Below, one piece after another: positions 14,200 through 26,562 of a stretch of DNA of 64,000 nt. Within the stretch, counting starts at the first letter, position 1, and the number at the start of each line of letters is the position of its first letter. Origin of the DNA: Eledone cirrhosa (Eukaryota); assembly GCA_964016885.1 (NCBI GenBank), contig OZ024742.1, positions 134,850,001 through 134,914,000 on the forward strand. The letters run 5' to 3'. The position numbers were made by a program, and so were the translations under genes. The notes beneath the pieces were generated by a model. It was not told the origin of the DNA. It ran no database searches and saw only the letters and a program-made list of their open reading frames with translations.

Positions 14200-14930
14200 A
14201 ACAATGCTACCACTCAGATTAAACTTTCTTTCGACTCCCTGAAATAAATACAATCACGGCGTTGGATAAAATATCTGGCATCTAAACGGTAAAGTATTCC
14301 ACCTTTACATAAAAGTAGACAAGACCATACATCAATGAAACACCCATCACCCCAGCCAAACCTTCAGGATGTTACAGTATTAAAGTCATAGAAAAAAGAC
14401 CTGAACTAAATGAACAAGGTGTTCCATGTCTGTCCACAAACCTAGAGACACCAGCTTTCTTCATAGTTGACACATAGACCAAACACCCAGTGAACACAAA
14501 CATATTTACTTCATCTGCCATCATTTCCATACATTAACACACTTTTAAGCAAGTCACACATGTCATATCTTTCCAAAAACACATCTCACTATCAACAGAA
14601 CAAACAGAGTCACAGTAAAACACAGCAGCACATATATCTACACGATCAACAAAATATCACCATACTTATAAACGTGAAAAAAAACAGTATATTTGGACTG
14701 GTTATTATGGTGTTCGTTTCTTTTGGATTACGTTCATACTTCTAATGATTGCGTTACTACTTGTAATGACAATTATTTTTCGTTGCTGAGTATGCTTGTT
14801 GAAGTGATGGGGAAGCTGGTCATATTTATTATCGTGTTTGTGCTGTTTAAGTTAGTGTGCTGTTACATTACTTTTAATCAATCGGCTTTCGTCTAAAACA
14901 TTCCTTGGGATGGGTGCCTTTCGTCAGATT
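14200..14930 (+). mobile_element. Possible decayed PLE 3' fragment
   Basis: Translates in part to PNLQDVTVL...IEKRPELNEQG, like GIY-YIG C-termini; degenerate CTGACGA...GAAAG on the minus strand at ~14880-14925. Confidence 0.25.
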
Positions 14931-15779
14931 TATAGCTGGTAGCGTTTGAACTCTTCATGGCATTGGAGCTAATCAATGTAAAGACATAAGCGCAATCGGT
15001 GTGAAAGATGGTATAAAAATTTGTAGGGAATCTCAAAACAGCATACATAAATAATGAGCGAAGTAGAATGGAGTAAGAGCCAGTAAGAAAGCAAGCAATT
15101 TAGGACATATATATACTGTATATAGAAATATACGCAGATATAAATAACAAGAATGTATATGAATAAACAGGAAAATGCAGGAGTGAGAAATCAAAGAACA
15201 TCGGATAAGTAAGATATGGTGTATTTATGGAAATGAAGTAAATGAATTTAAATCACTTGTTTGCTTATTTTAGAGGGACGGGGTATTTTCCAAATACAAT
15301 GAGGTCCTCAACAAAATACAGAGTTATTTATATTCCCTTGACCTATTAATGCTTATTGAAGTCTAGATTATTTTGCGCCTTCGTTGAAGCACACATCTGT
15401 TGGCATATTATGCAGTTTAAAAGGATTTGGAAATAAATTGTTTCTATTTTCCTTTTTTTGTTTCGGCTGTTTTTCTTTCTTTTCTGTGTTTTTTATTTTT
15501 TTTTTTTTTTTGCACGTGAAACCAAGATATAAGAATCAAATTCATCCAATAAGAACTAAAGGCTTATCTATTTGCTTTCGACTCAAAGAACGTTGTTATT
15601 CGTTCAGCATTATTTAATGAACTTAAATATACAGACATCTTATAAATTAAGGTCATTGACCTAGAAAAGCCTTCAAAACAGATAACAGGGAGAATTTCAT
15701 TGTGAACAGACATTTAAAAAAATATATCCGGCGGTGATACAAGACAAAAAAAAAAAAATATATATATATATATATATAA

Positions 15780-15931
<152 letters not shown>

Positions 15932-15994
15932 CATAAACAATTATCTGTTTTTATATATACATATTTTTATATATATATATATATATATATAATG

Positions 15995-17042
15995 TAGGAG
16001 GTGAGTTTTATTGTAGTACAATAAAGCAATGCAGATATCGGATAAGAAGAACTCTACATATTAACTCTTTCTTCGCACATATTATCAATTCCTTCAATAT
16101 ACAAACCTTAACTTCACATTATTTTTCTCAAATCATCTAATACACAAACCTTAATAATTTTTTAATACATATTAACTCTTTCTTCGCACATATTATCAAT
16201 TCCTTCAATATACAAACTTTAACTTCACATTATTTCTTCTCAAATCCTTTAACACGCAAACCTTAATAATTTTTTCTCTTCATTAATTTTGAAATTGCCA
16301 TAATACTTATAAACATACACCCTTTTGACGTTAGAATATTCATCCGCAATTATTATTTTTTCTCTCTATCTTCAAACTTTTTAATCCCTCTCTTTCCTCG
16401 TACATATTTTTTTCCTTTCGTTAATTTTCAAATTCTTTTAGTTTATACATTATCTTCCAACGGTTCTTAACCTCTCTATGTAAAACAATATATCTTTTCT
16501 CAGTTATAAAAACTATCTCTTTCTCTCTATCACCCATCTCTCCCTCTCCACCTTCACTCTCATCTCCTCCCCTTTTTTCATCCTTTCCACCCCCCTCTCT
16601 AAATACATTTTTTTTTTTTTCCTCGTACATATTTTTCCCTTCGTTAATTTTCAAATTCTTTTAATTTATACATTATCTTCCAACGGTTTTCAACCTCTCT
16701 ATGTAAAACAATATATCTTCTCTCAGTTATAAAAACTATCTCTTTCTCTCTATCACCCATCTCTCCCTCTCCACCTTCACTCTCATCTCCTCCACTTTTT
16801 TCATCCTTTCCACCCCCCCCTCTCTAAATAAAATATTTTTCCCAATATCACACATCAATCTAAAACTACTTTTCATATGTTGATTTAAAACTGCACTATC
16901 CACAAGTGTTTTTTAGCCTTCATATCATGTTCTCCTGTTTTATCTGATGAAAACACAAATATTATTGCATCATGATGTTTGCTTTTGAAATGCGCATAAT
17001 AAAATACATGGAACTCCTTTAACCATCTTTTGATCTTATATA
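15995..17042 (+). mobile_element. Non-autonomous hammerhead-bearing (PLE-like) element between (TA)n tracts, long form with internal tandem duplications
   Basis: 5' end TAGGAGGTGAGTTTTATTGTAGTACAATAAAGCAATGC and 3' ~170 bp match 46663-46924; internal ~110-bp (16059-16270) and ~225-bp (16395-16830) tandem duplications. Confidence 0.75.
16938..17004 (+). ncRNA. Minimal type-I hammerhead ribozyme motif
   Basis: Stem I TTTTAT/ATAAAA; CTGATGA 16944-50; helix II including CAAATATTA/TGATGTTTG; GAAA 16987-90; stem III ATGCGCAT palindrome; ATA cleavage triplet. Confidence 0.75.
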
Positions 17043-17043
17043 T

Positions 17044-17083
<40 letters not shown>

Positions 17084-17166
17084 GATATATATATAAATAT
17101 ATATACACATATATATATATATATACATATATATATACATACATATATATATACATACATATATAT

Positions 17167-17255
<89 letters not shown>

Positions 17256-17327
17256 AAAGTGAGGTTTTTTTTACAAATTGAAAAATAACCGTGGTGTCCT
17301 ACACGAGTGAAAGTATAAAGAAAAAGA

Positions 17328-17607
17328 GATGAAATCGAAAATGCAAATGCAGTCTTTTTTTTTTTTTAAATATATATATTTATTTGGTTCCTTTACCGGT
17401 TTCGCAGTTCTTCTGCTTTTCAAAAGTAGAGTTGAGATGGAGGGTCTGTGGTTTTTCTCACATTTTCTCAGATGTGAGAAAAACCACAGACCCTCCATCT
17501 CAACTCTACTTTTGAAAAGCAGAAGAACTGCGAAACCGGTAAAGGAACCAAATAAATATATATATTTAAAAAAAAAATAAGACTCCTGTTGCATTTTCGA
17601 TTTCATC
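17328..17607. repeat. Long near-perfect palindrome (arms ~136 bp, 8-nt spacer 17464-17471)
   Basis: Arms are reverse complements; mirror-image ORFs 17271..17705(-) and 17329..17580(+) confirm it; right arm holds hammerhead 3' half GAAACCGGTA. Confidence 0.97.
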
Positions 17608-17626
17608 TTCTTTTTTTTTTTCTTTT

Positions 17627-17669
<43 letters not shown>

Positions 17670-17671
<2 letters not shown>

Positions 17672-17945
17672 CGAAGGAGTTGTAGTAAGGAGCCAGATGG
17701 ACCATAACGCACCAGAGTACTCAATATTTAGGGTAGTCGAGTGGGTAAAAGGAAAATGGATGATCCCGACGGCAGAGCTCAAGCCGTTTCGACGGCTATT
17801 TTTGGACTAAATTAGAATGATTAGCCTGGTAAATAAATAGCCGAACTTTTCAAGTGGTACTTCCTTATATGGGAAGATTGTAGTTGTCAAGAGGATTGTT
17901 CAACATTTCTTGTAAACATAATTAAGTCTATCATGTCAGGGATGG
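17670..17945 (-). repeat. PLE-terminal-repeat-like family copy (also at 52380-52830) with degenerate hammerhead
   Basis: 17680-17780 is the reverse complement of ~52720-52820; minus strand GAAACGGC-loop-GCCGTC. Confidence 0.7.
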
Positions 17946-18095
17946 GGGTTGGGGGCGGCTGAACTTGCCTATAGAATAATGAGGGAGTGGGTGGAGCCGG
18001 TCCAGCGTAGAAAGTGAAATCTATACAGCAAATTCTAAATATTGTGTATGAAACTAGGCCAGATGCGAAAGTAGGCGAAAAAGGATTCTGGAGAA

Positions 18096-18201
18096 ATCAC
18101 GCTGAAAACACCGGTTCTCGTCCGATCACCGAAGTTATGCAACGTCGAGCTTAGTTAGTACTTAGATAGGTGATCGCTTGGGAACCCTAGGTGCCGTAAG
18201 C
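18096..18201 (+). pseudogene. 5S rRNA-derived copy, 5'-truncated by ~13 nt
   Basis: ATCACGCTGAAAACACCGGTTCTCGTCCGATCACCGAAGTTATGCAACGTCGAGCTTAGTTAGTACTTAGATAGGTGATCGCTTGGGAACCCTAGGTGCCGTAAGC matches invertebrate 5S; lacks the 5' strand of helix I and a T4 terminator. Confidence 0.93.
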
Positions 18202-18364
18202 GTTTACTCATAATCCGGTATCTTGAAGGATAGACGTGTTTGCTTGGGCTCTGCTAGCGTCACCAGCAACACACACAACCACGTGTTGCTACACACACAG
18301 GGGGAAAAAATAACCGCCGAAATAGAGATATGTACATCTATAATTTCATATCTAAATATCGTTA

Positions 18365-18533
18365 AGGTCGGACGCCATGCTTTGACTCATAGACTTACCG
18401 CCCTTGCTATTCCGAGATCAAATCCCGCCGAGGTTAACTTTGCTATTCATCCTTACGGGGTCGATAAAATAAAGTATCAGTAATGCACTGGAATAATTGC
18501 TGGCCTTGTACCAAAAGTAGAAACAATTATTAT
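18365..18533 (+). mobile_element. SINE copy
   Basis: Same core and tail as 7703-7895. Confidence 0.9.
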
Positions 18534-18916
18534 TTACTGATGTCCCTCTGTGTTTAACGAGAATTACAAGTTCATTAATATATGTACCTCCATATATACA
18601 TATATGTATGTGTGTCCACTTTCCTGTGATTGAGAAAAAAAAATTCGGGAACTACAAATTCATCACTCAACGAGTTAGACATTTTCAACTTTTCCACATC
18701 CACTCTGTCTGAATGTTCTCTTAACGTAATATCTGATCCAAGCTCTATTTAAGATTTGTTTACCATACATTGATGATCTTACGCTTGGATACCCATCACT
18801 CAAATACTGTTGCGTTCCAAACATTCGCGGCATTAATTCACTGTCTAATACAAGATTCCTGGAATCAGAATGTGCTGCTTTGATGGAATACATCCTAGAA
18901 TGGAAACATAACCACA

Positions 18917-19358
18917 AATAATTGTTTCTACATTTGGCACAAGGCCAATAATTATCTCAGTGCATTACTGGTACTTTATTTTATCGACCCCGTAAGGATG
19001 AAAGGCAAAGTTAACCTCGGCGGGATTTGACAAATAAGTGTTTCTACTTTTAACGCAAGGCCAGTAATTAACCAGTGCATTACTGGTACTTTATTTTATC
19101 GACCCCGTAAGGATGAAAGGCAAAGTTAACATTGGCGGGATTTGAACTCAGAATGGCAAGGAGAAATAATTATTTCTACTTTTGGCACAAGGCCAGCAAT
19201 TATCCCAGTGCATTACTGGTACTCTATTTTATCGACCCTGTAAGGATGAAAGACAAAGTTAACCTCGGCGGGATTTGAACTCAGGTCATAAAGGGAGGTA
19301 ACTCTATGCTTCAAAGTATGGCGCCCGACACTCTACCGATACTGCCAATCCACCACCC
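18917..19358 (-). mobile_element. Tandem array of three SINE units (one full, two 5'-truncated)
   Basis: Core TTTATTTTATCGACCC.GTAAGGATGAAAG.CAAAGTTAAC repeated at ~18975, ~19090 and ~19225. Confidence 0.92.
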
Positions 19359-20103
19359 TCAAGGAGAAATAATAAATGCTATTAACCATCGATAGGAACC
19401 TCACAAATATAACGGACCAACATATACGCGAAGAGCCAGAGAAAGAAACAAAATAAAAGGAAGGGGGACAAAAAAAAAAAACGACCATCAATTAACTGAC
19501 AAATAATTTCTTTTGAATCGGATTAGAAAGAGAGAAGAAATAAAAATTAAAAACAAACCAACACGTGTTGCTCCCCACACGGATATACACACATATATGT
19601 GTGTATTTGACATACCAACACACATATGTACGTGGGCATACATGTATATGTATATATGTATGTGGTATGCTAATATTATGTCATTCCTTGGAGCAAGCAT
19701 ACCCATATACAGGCTTTTTCATACCATTGAATGAGAGCCGTACGAATAATATACTTGTCGCGAATTATTAAACATTATAGTTCGCCATACGTAACTCAAC
19801 ACGCGAAGCCCATAAAGATGTTGATCCTGACATCGATGAAGGGAATTTGCCTGCATCAGATAACAACCCTCTTGAGTTAATGAATGTTTATCTTAAACAT
19901 TTACCATGCTGCTTCATCACTTCTTACACATTTTCAAATCCACTAGACTCTATCCATATCTACATTGATGATTTTACGCTTGGATTATCTGATTACCCAA
20001 TAGTCAAACATTCGCGCCATTAACTCACAGTTTAATCCATGATGATGGGAAGCAGTATGTACTGTTATGATGGAATACATCCTAGAATAGAGATATTACC
20101 TCA

Positions 20104-20287
20104 AATAATTGTTTCTACGTTTGGCACAAGGCCAGCATTTATCCAGTGCATTACTGGTACTTTATTTTATCGACCCCGTAAGGATGAAAGGCAAAGTTAA
20201 CCTCGGCGGGATTTGAACTCAGATCATAAAGGGACGTAACTCCATACGTCAAAGCATGGCGTCCGATTCTCTACCGATACTGCCAAT
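20104..20287 (-). mobile_element. SINE copy
   Basis: Head, core and tail all present. Confidence 0.92.
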
Positions 20288-21039
20288 AACTGCAAGGAAC
20301 CTCACAAATTCAACACACCGAAACATACGAGAAGGGCGAGAGAAATAAATAAAAACCCATGGAAACATAACACAAAACAAAACCGACTACCAATTCACTG
20401 GCAAATAATTTGAATCGGATTAGACAGAGAGAAAGAAAAGACCCCCCAAAATAGAGAATATATTTATTTGCCGATGTGCTTCCAAATGACGCTGAAAGCC
20501 ACTGACCAACATCTCCGGTCAAGAAGGCGACATCAACAGGGTCATAACATCGACCCCGCATCTTCAGTAAACGAAGGCACTGGAGCCTCAGCATACTGCC
20601 TGGCAGCCCGACCCGGTTGCAGTTTCATCTCCACCACCATTAACAAGAGGAAGGCAATGACAACAACTGTGACATTAACATCAACAACACATATGTGTAT
20701 ACATCAACATCTCACCAGCAGTCTTCACCATTAACAAGAGGAAAGCAACGACGATAATAGTGACATTAACAACAACAACTTTATCATTAACAAGAGGAAG
20801 CCAACCCCAGCATCAGTGACTCACCTTCAGCCACAAGGTCCTATGACAAACTGAAACTGCTAAGTTGCTCGCATGTGTGCGTGCTAAACTCTGGGTCTTT
20901 CCGCTGGACCCCCCCCCGCCCCTTTTTGTTTGTACAATCATCCATTCACTCATTCATTTACTTACATTCTACCTTCCTGTGTCCCCCCTCCATGCAGCCC
21001 CTTTTTTTCTCTCTTGTTTCCTGAGACCTCTATATATAT

Positions 21040-23940
21040 AGGTGAGCTATGAGGCTCTCTTACCAGCACTTTCCCTTCCACCAACACACGCCAGCCACCC
21101 ACCCCTGATGCCGCTCGGTGCCCCAGTCCCTGGTCCCACACCCCATCTCCCATCACTCCAAGCCGACACTTGCAGCACTTGCAGCACCACTAACAAACGG
21201 AAGAGGGGGCGGAACTGTTTGGGGGTCGGCTGCTTCCACCACCTCACCTGCGTTGTATTGATTTGTCGAGCTTCCAATCCTCTAGCAGCGTGGAAGTGCA
21301 GGGTTGCCTTTTCCCTACGTCTTCCCAGCCAGGACCGTCTGGCACACCACCAGTTGATATAGTGAGCTTGCCTGGCACCCAAGCCTCGCTGGTCAAAATC
21401 GCTCGGCTCAGGCGGCTCCGGACGATATCACTCAGGATCACGAGAGCGGCACGGATGCTGGTAGCCTATGCCTTCGCTTCCTCGGCCTCCCCAGCTCTGG
21501 CGCTGACTGTGGCGGCCGGTCAACAGCAGCTTTCACCAAGGTCAATGTCCCGTACTTTGTACGAATGCCCATTCCAAGCGTGCCCAGAGACGCCACACAC
21601 CCCACCATCAGGTACCCCATATCCTCCACCCCCGAGGCCAGCGCCAAGCGTTTGCGCGACACGTAAACGCCAAGCTTATCATGGGTGATGTATCGGCCGC
21701 AGTCAGAGTTGTTGCCTTAGAGGACACTGTCCCCCAACACACCGAGGAGGTCCTGGCTGCTCTGCGACTCAAACACCCTAAGCACCCACTGATCTCAGAC
21801 ACCCACCCGACCCCCACTTGCTCCTTGTGGCTTCTAATGCAGACATCATGTCCGCAATCAGGTCCTTCCCAGCTAGCAGCCTCCACTCTTTTTCGGCATC
21901 AACTCTTTTTTCGGCCAGCCTCACCGCTCTCAGGAAGAAAGAGGATGGCATACGCCCCATTGCTGTGGACAATGTCTTCCGGAGCCTGGCTGCCAAGGTG
22001 ATCTGCAAGTCCGTAACACACGAACTGGGTGAGGAGTTTAGTCCTGTGCAACTGGGTGTCGGCGTGTCCGGTGGCTGTGAGTGGGCCGCTTACGCAACCA
22101 GGCAGTTCGTCAACAGCTACCCATCGGAACCGGCACCTAGGGACTCCAGACACCTCATTTTCAAGCTTGACATGAGGTATGCCTTCAACTCTTTACGCTG
22201 GGATCATCTGCTCGAGGCCTGCCTCAGTCGAGCCCCATCTGCCTACCCGCTGGCCTACCTCTCATATGGAGCCCCGAGCATGCTCCTTGCTGCTGATGCG
22301 GTCATACCCTCGCCTACTGGGGTCCAAAAGGGTGACAATTTGGGACCCCTCCTAACGCCCTTGGTATTGACCACTTCGCTCGGAGTATCACGGCCCCTCT
22401 CAACGTTTGGTATCTGGATGATGATACGTTGGGTGGCCCGTACGGACGGTCTGCCATGACCTTCAATCGGCGGTACCTGCCCTGGCGGGAATCGGCCTCC
22501 AGGTCAACTCGGCCAAGTAGCAGGTGGTGAATGTCAGCCTAGATGTGGCGAGTTTTGCAGCCTCCGTCTTGGACGTGCGGTCCATTCTCCGCCAGGTTCA
22601 GGTGATCCCCAAAGAGGACGTCCTCATCCTCGGGTCACCGATCCACCCGCCGGCCATCCGCTCCACCATCAGGTCCAGGCTTCAACAGCTCCGGACTCTC
22701 ATGAGCCGACTGGGCTTGATTGTTGGCCACCCAGCTCTCTTTCCTCTGAGGAACTGCTTCGCCATGCCGAAGCTCCTCTATACACTCCGCAACATTCCGT
22801 ACTACACCCAGGCATCTCTCCTCGCTGACCTTGATACTTGGATCCGAGCAGCAGCCGAGGTTATATGCAACGTCAAGTTTGACGGTATAAGGTGGCAACA
22901 GGCCACTTTACCTGTCAGGTATGGCGCCCTTGGCCTCCGGTCCCCGATCTCACTACCTTTGCCGGCGTATCTTTCGTTGGTAACCTCGTGCCGCATCCTC
23001 GTTAGCAGGGTTCTTTAAAACACAACATAACCCTCAGTGTTCAGAGAACGTGAGGCCGCCTGTGAGACGTGAGACCGGCTGGGACTTAGCCCATTAGACG
23101 TCCCTCCTCATTCTCCCCCCGTTGACGTCAAGTCCCCCCAACGCACTTGGGATACCATCCATTGCAGCCTGGCCTCAGACAGGCTCACGCGCCAGCTCGA
23201 CCCGGACCGCCTTGCTTGTTTTCGTACGGCCTCCACCTCCCACAGTGGTGCCTGGCTCCATGCCCTGCCCTACTTCTCCACTGGCACGCAGCTAGACAAT
23301 CATTGCCTGCGCATCGGCGTTTCCCTGAAGCTCGGCCTCCGGGTCTGCCAACCATAGCAATGTCGCTACGGTTCCACCGTGGACTCTTTCGGCCTCCACC
23401 CGCTTTCCTGTCGCCACAGTGCCGACCGCATTTCACACTATGTTTCCCTCAACGAGGTCATTAAGCATGGCTTTGACGCTGCAGGCTTCCCTTCCCAGCT
23501 CGAGCCAGTGGGGCTTGATTCGAGAGGAGGGCAAAAAGCCAGATGGCATGGCCATCTTCTCGTTCCGCGGTAGCAAACCCCTCGTCTGAGATGCCACTTG
23601 CACCGACACTTTCTGCACCCGTAACCTGGTGCATTCTGCGACTTACCCATGTTCTGCTGCATATCGGGCAGAGGGGGCTAAACTCCTCAGATACCGGTCG
23701 TTCACCGACAGATTTGCGGTCGTACCGATAGCAGTGGGGACTTCTGGTGTTCTTGGCCCCAGGGCTACCTCCTTACTCACCACCTTAGGCGCTGAGCTGG
23801 CCCGGCGCAGGTGTGAGCCCCATGAGTTGGAGTGGCTTTTTCAGCGCGTCTCCCTTGCCGCCGTCGGGGGAAAGGCCTTCTCCATTATGTCCGCCAGGGC
23901 TGGGTGTAGGCCCCATCGCGTACCGTTTTAGTTGATGTAC
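21040..23940 (+). mobile_element. Decayed CRE-like non-LTR retrotransposon (RT + CCHC + restriction-like endonuclease)
   Basis: KKEDGIRPIAV, QLGVGVSGGCE, KLDMRYAFNSL, GVQKGDNLGP, WYLDD (22408-22422), LPVRYGALGLR, DSFGLHPLSC..H..LNE, KPDG..DAT, VVPIAVGTSGVLGP; GC-rich island; several frameshifts. Confidence 0.85.
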
Positions 23941-24009
23941 AAGAAACAGGAAGACAACAACTGGAATGTTTGATTTTCTACTTTATTATAGAATTAACGT
24001 TGTAGAAGG

Positions 24010-24535
24010 GACTGGGGAATTAAAATCACCCTACAAACGTCCCTAACCACTGTCAATTTCCTGGACGTTATCCTCCACCTCGAAAATGATCTGTACTACC
24101 CATACAGGAAACCAAACGACAACCTGCACTACATCCACCGCCGCTCTAACCATCCTAGAAATATCACCAATAACCTGGTATAAAACATCGCCCTCCGCAT
24201 ATCTCGTTAGTCCGCTAATGAGCAGATATTCGACGAAGATGGGCCTCATTACACCCAGACACACAAGCGAAGCGGCTGCCGGGAGGATATATCCTTTTAT
24301 CCAGCTTCCCTTAACGGAACCAGGCGACGCCGCCGCTCGCGCCACGTAACGTAGTTCAACCCTCCCCACAATGCCGAGGTGGCAACACCTATCGGGAAAA
24401 TCTTCTTTAGACTCCTGGAAAAACACCTCCCACCACAACATGATCAACAAAAACACTATCAAACTCTCCTACAGCACCACACCCAACTTCGCACAATATA
24501 TCGTCTCCTCAAACAACAAAAAACTCAACCCCTAT
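24010..24535 (+). mobile_element. Penelope-like element fragment (RT thumb/linker)
   Basis: Translates to VNFLDVILHL...YYPYRKPNDNLHYIHRRSNHP..., RRRRSRHVT*FNPP and KNTIKLSYSTTPN, typical PLE RT C-terminal motifs. Confidence 0.85.
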
Positions 24536-24554
24536 GGAAGAAATAATCTAGACA

Positions 24555-24725
24555 TTAATGGCAGGAAGGTATACGTTGTTGACGATTGCTAATAAGCTTG
24601 AAACTAGTACAGCGTTCCTTTGGCAGTGTTGAACAAACGAGCAACGATGGTTGCTGGACACTACGGCTTAATGCGGGATGTTTGTTTACAAACACACCGA
24701 CCATTATAATAAATGTTCGGTGAAT
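24555..24725 (+). repeat. Hammerhead-bearing repeat (family shared with 48332-48515); motif 24574-24614
   Basis: CGTTG-TTGACGA-TTGCTAATAAGCTT-GAAACTAGTA-CAGCG; reverse-complement similarity to 48340-48510. Confidence 0.7.
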
Positions 24726-24982
24726 CCATACGTACATATATATATGTGTGCATGTATATATATATATATACACATACTACTGTACGTCTGTATACATATA
24801 TTTATGTACTTGTTTATACTTATATATATACATATATATTATTATATATATATTGGCTTTACGCTACAATATTTTCTATACCTTTCATTTATATATATAT
24901 ATATATTTGTGTATTGATGTTTTGTATATATTGTTAATGAATTAATATATTATTTGATAGATTGATAGATTAACTAAGATTG

Positions 24983-25055
24983 GCCCACTGACGAAACTCT
25001 TAAATGAGGGTGTGCTGATTAACCTTTTTCTGTTGGAAACAGCCGGTGTCTGAGC
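24983..25055 (+). ncRNA. Hammerhead ribozyme motif with extended loop II
   Basis: GCCCA-CTGACGA-AAC...GTTG-GAAACA GCCGG TGTC-TGAGC; one mismatch in stem I. Confidence 0.55.
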
Positions 25056-25272
25056 AACCGATTCTACCATGAATTGCTTCTATAGTATGATGATATTTCC
25101 TTGTTCTAAATATTTGTATTGTCTAAATGTTCTTTATACAATTGTCTAAATTGATCTAACAATAACTATGTCTCGTGCGTTCCTTCTGTTTCGATAATTT
25201 TAGCATCTTCACATTGATGTAAGAGAGATAACTGCGAATGTCCGGAATACATTATTCGAGTTTATCAGATTA

Positions 25273-25818
25273 TTAGAATGTTGAAGTTATGCAATCTGGA
25301 GCTCTGTAATTATGCAAGAGGTGTTTGCAGACCTGTGGACAACGTGAAAAAAGCTCATTTCTTGTATTTAGGCAATCGCTATGGCGGTTTTTTCTTAGGA
25401 TATTGATCCTTTCTTCAATGTACAGTCCACAGAACGGATTACCCCTTGCGTATGGCTTGGACTTGGGGATAGCTTTCCATTGGATGGAGTAATCTATGCC
25501 TGAGTGTTTGAGGGACGATAGGTGGCTCGCGAGTTTCGTGGACGATCGTTTGTCCGGGTATATAATGGTCAGCTGTAGGTTCAGGAAGGATTCCTTTAAC
25601 AGGCCCTCCGCCATACCTATATAGGATTTACCCTCTCGTTGTTCGTTTGGTCGGTTGGAAGTGACCACAACTTCGTAAATTACAGCGGGTATGTTGCATT
25701 GTTGTTGAAAGGGAAAAGCTTCAGGCATTCGGCAAGAGCATCCTGGTGGAGTGCTGCTATTATGGCTGTTGGTGATGTGGGTATGCATATACTTAGCACA
25801 AGAGTTTCCTAGTTCCAC
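25273..25818 (-). pseudogene. PLE GIY-YIG endonuclease fragment
   Basis: CSCR...C..PAVIYEVVV...KSYIGMAE...STKLASHL..LK..IDYSIQWK..PY..FCGLYIEE..IL...LNTRNELFSRC. Confidence 0.88.
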
Positions 25819-26145
25819 CCTGTGTCTATTAAAGATGGAGCAGTATTTGTGACCTATGGGTATCTAAGAGAGCTAAACAAATTGTCCTACATTAGTTTAA
25901 CGTTGAATGAGAAGGGGGTGGAACCAGATAGTTTTTCTATTAGCACGATATCTTTTCTTATTGCTGTTGATGTTAGCAGGGGAGTATGTAATTGGTTGAG
26001 AGAAGTCGGTGTTAGATAACGCTGCGTTGTCGGTAGGGGGCCGTTTTGTCAAAGTTTGCATTATTAGAGGAGAGGTTAGAGATTCTAGTACCGATATTAT
26101 TCACGAAGTTTATAAAAAACAGTAAGAGGGTGGCATGAGTCATGC

Positions 26146-26256
26146 CACATTGATGATTTCCTTCGAATTAAACAGTTCTTGTCCTGTATAAGCCATTTCT
26201 ATATAAAAAAACTCTACTATGTATTGAGTACTTTAATTACTGTGGGTACTCCCGGT

Positions 26257-26260
<4 letters not shown>
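26146..26260 (+). repeat. Degenerate copy of hammerhead repeat family shared with 36336-36490 and 56160-56320
   Basis: TTGATGATTTCCTTCGAATTAAACAGTTCTTGTCCTGTA...TATGTATTGAGTAC...TTACTGTGG. Confidence 0.7.
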
Positions 26261-26287
<27 letters not shown>

Positions 26288-26330
26288 CACTGAAACACAC
26301 ACACTAACATACACACACACACACATACAT

Positions 26331-26361
<31 letters not shown>

Positions 26362-26480
26362 CTTTGCACACGGCACTAGACAAGATTGTTTTTCTCTCAT
26401 CACTCTCATTCGGGAACAGTTTTGTATGGCGCCAGTTTGCGATTCGAACTCGAGAATTTTATATTCTCCGAGTGAGAAAA

Positions 26481-26562
26481 GCCTACTGACGAAGATCTCT
26501 TTCTCAATGGAAATCCGCTTGGGTTAACTGTTTATTTTGGGATCGGAAACCGCGGTAAAGGG
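26481..26562 (+). ncRNA. Hammerhead ribozyme motif
   Basis: CTGACGA 26486-92; helix II GATCTC/GGGATC; GAAAC-CGCG-GTA (palindromic ACCGCGGT); weak stem I CCTA/AAGG. Confidence 0.6.

Larger units (their letters stand above)
18670..20460. repeat. Old ~1.2-kb direct tandem duplication with a SINE at the same site in both units
   Basis: AAACATTCGCG.CATTAA.TCAC..., GATGGAATACATCCTAGAAT, AGGAACCTCACAAAT and TTGAATCGGATTAGA.AGAGAGAA each occur twice in the same order. Confidence 0.8.

Noticed and set aside
18096-18201. Functional 5S rRNA gene
   Set aside because: 5' strand of helix I missing, internal promoter substitutions, no terminator, not arrayed
18917-19358. Regularly spaced repeats resembling a CRISPR array
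   Set aside because: Units are SINE copies in eukaryotic DNA; no unique spacers and no cas genes
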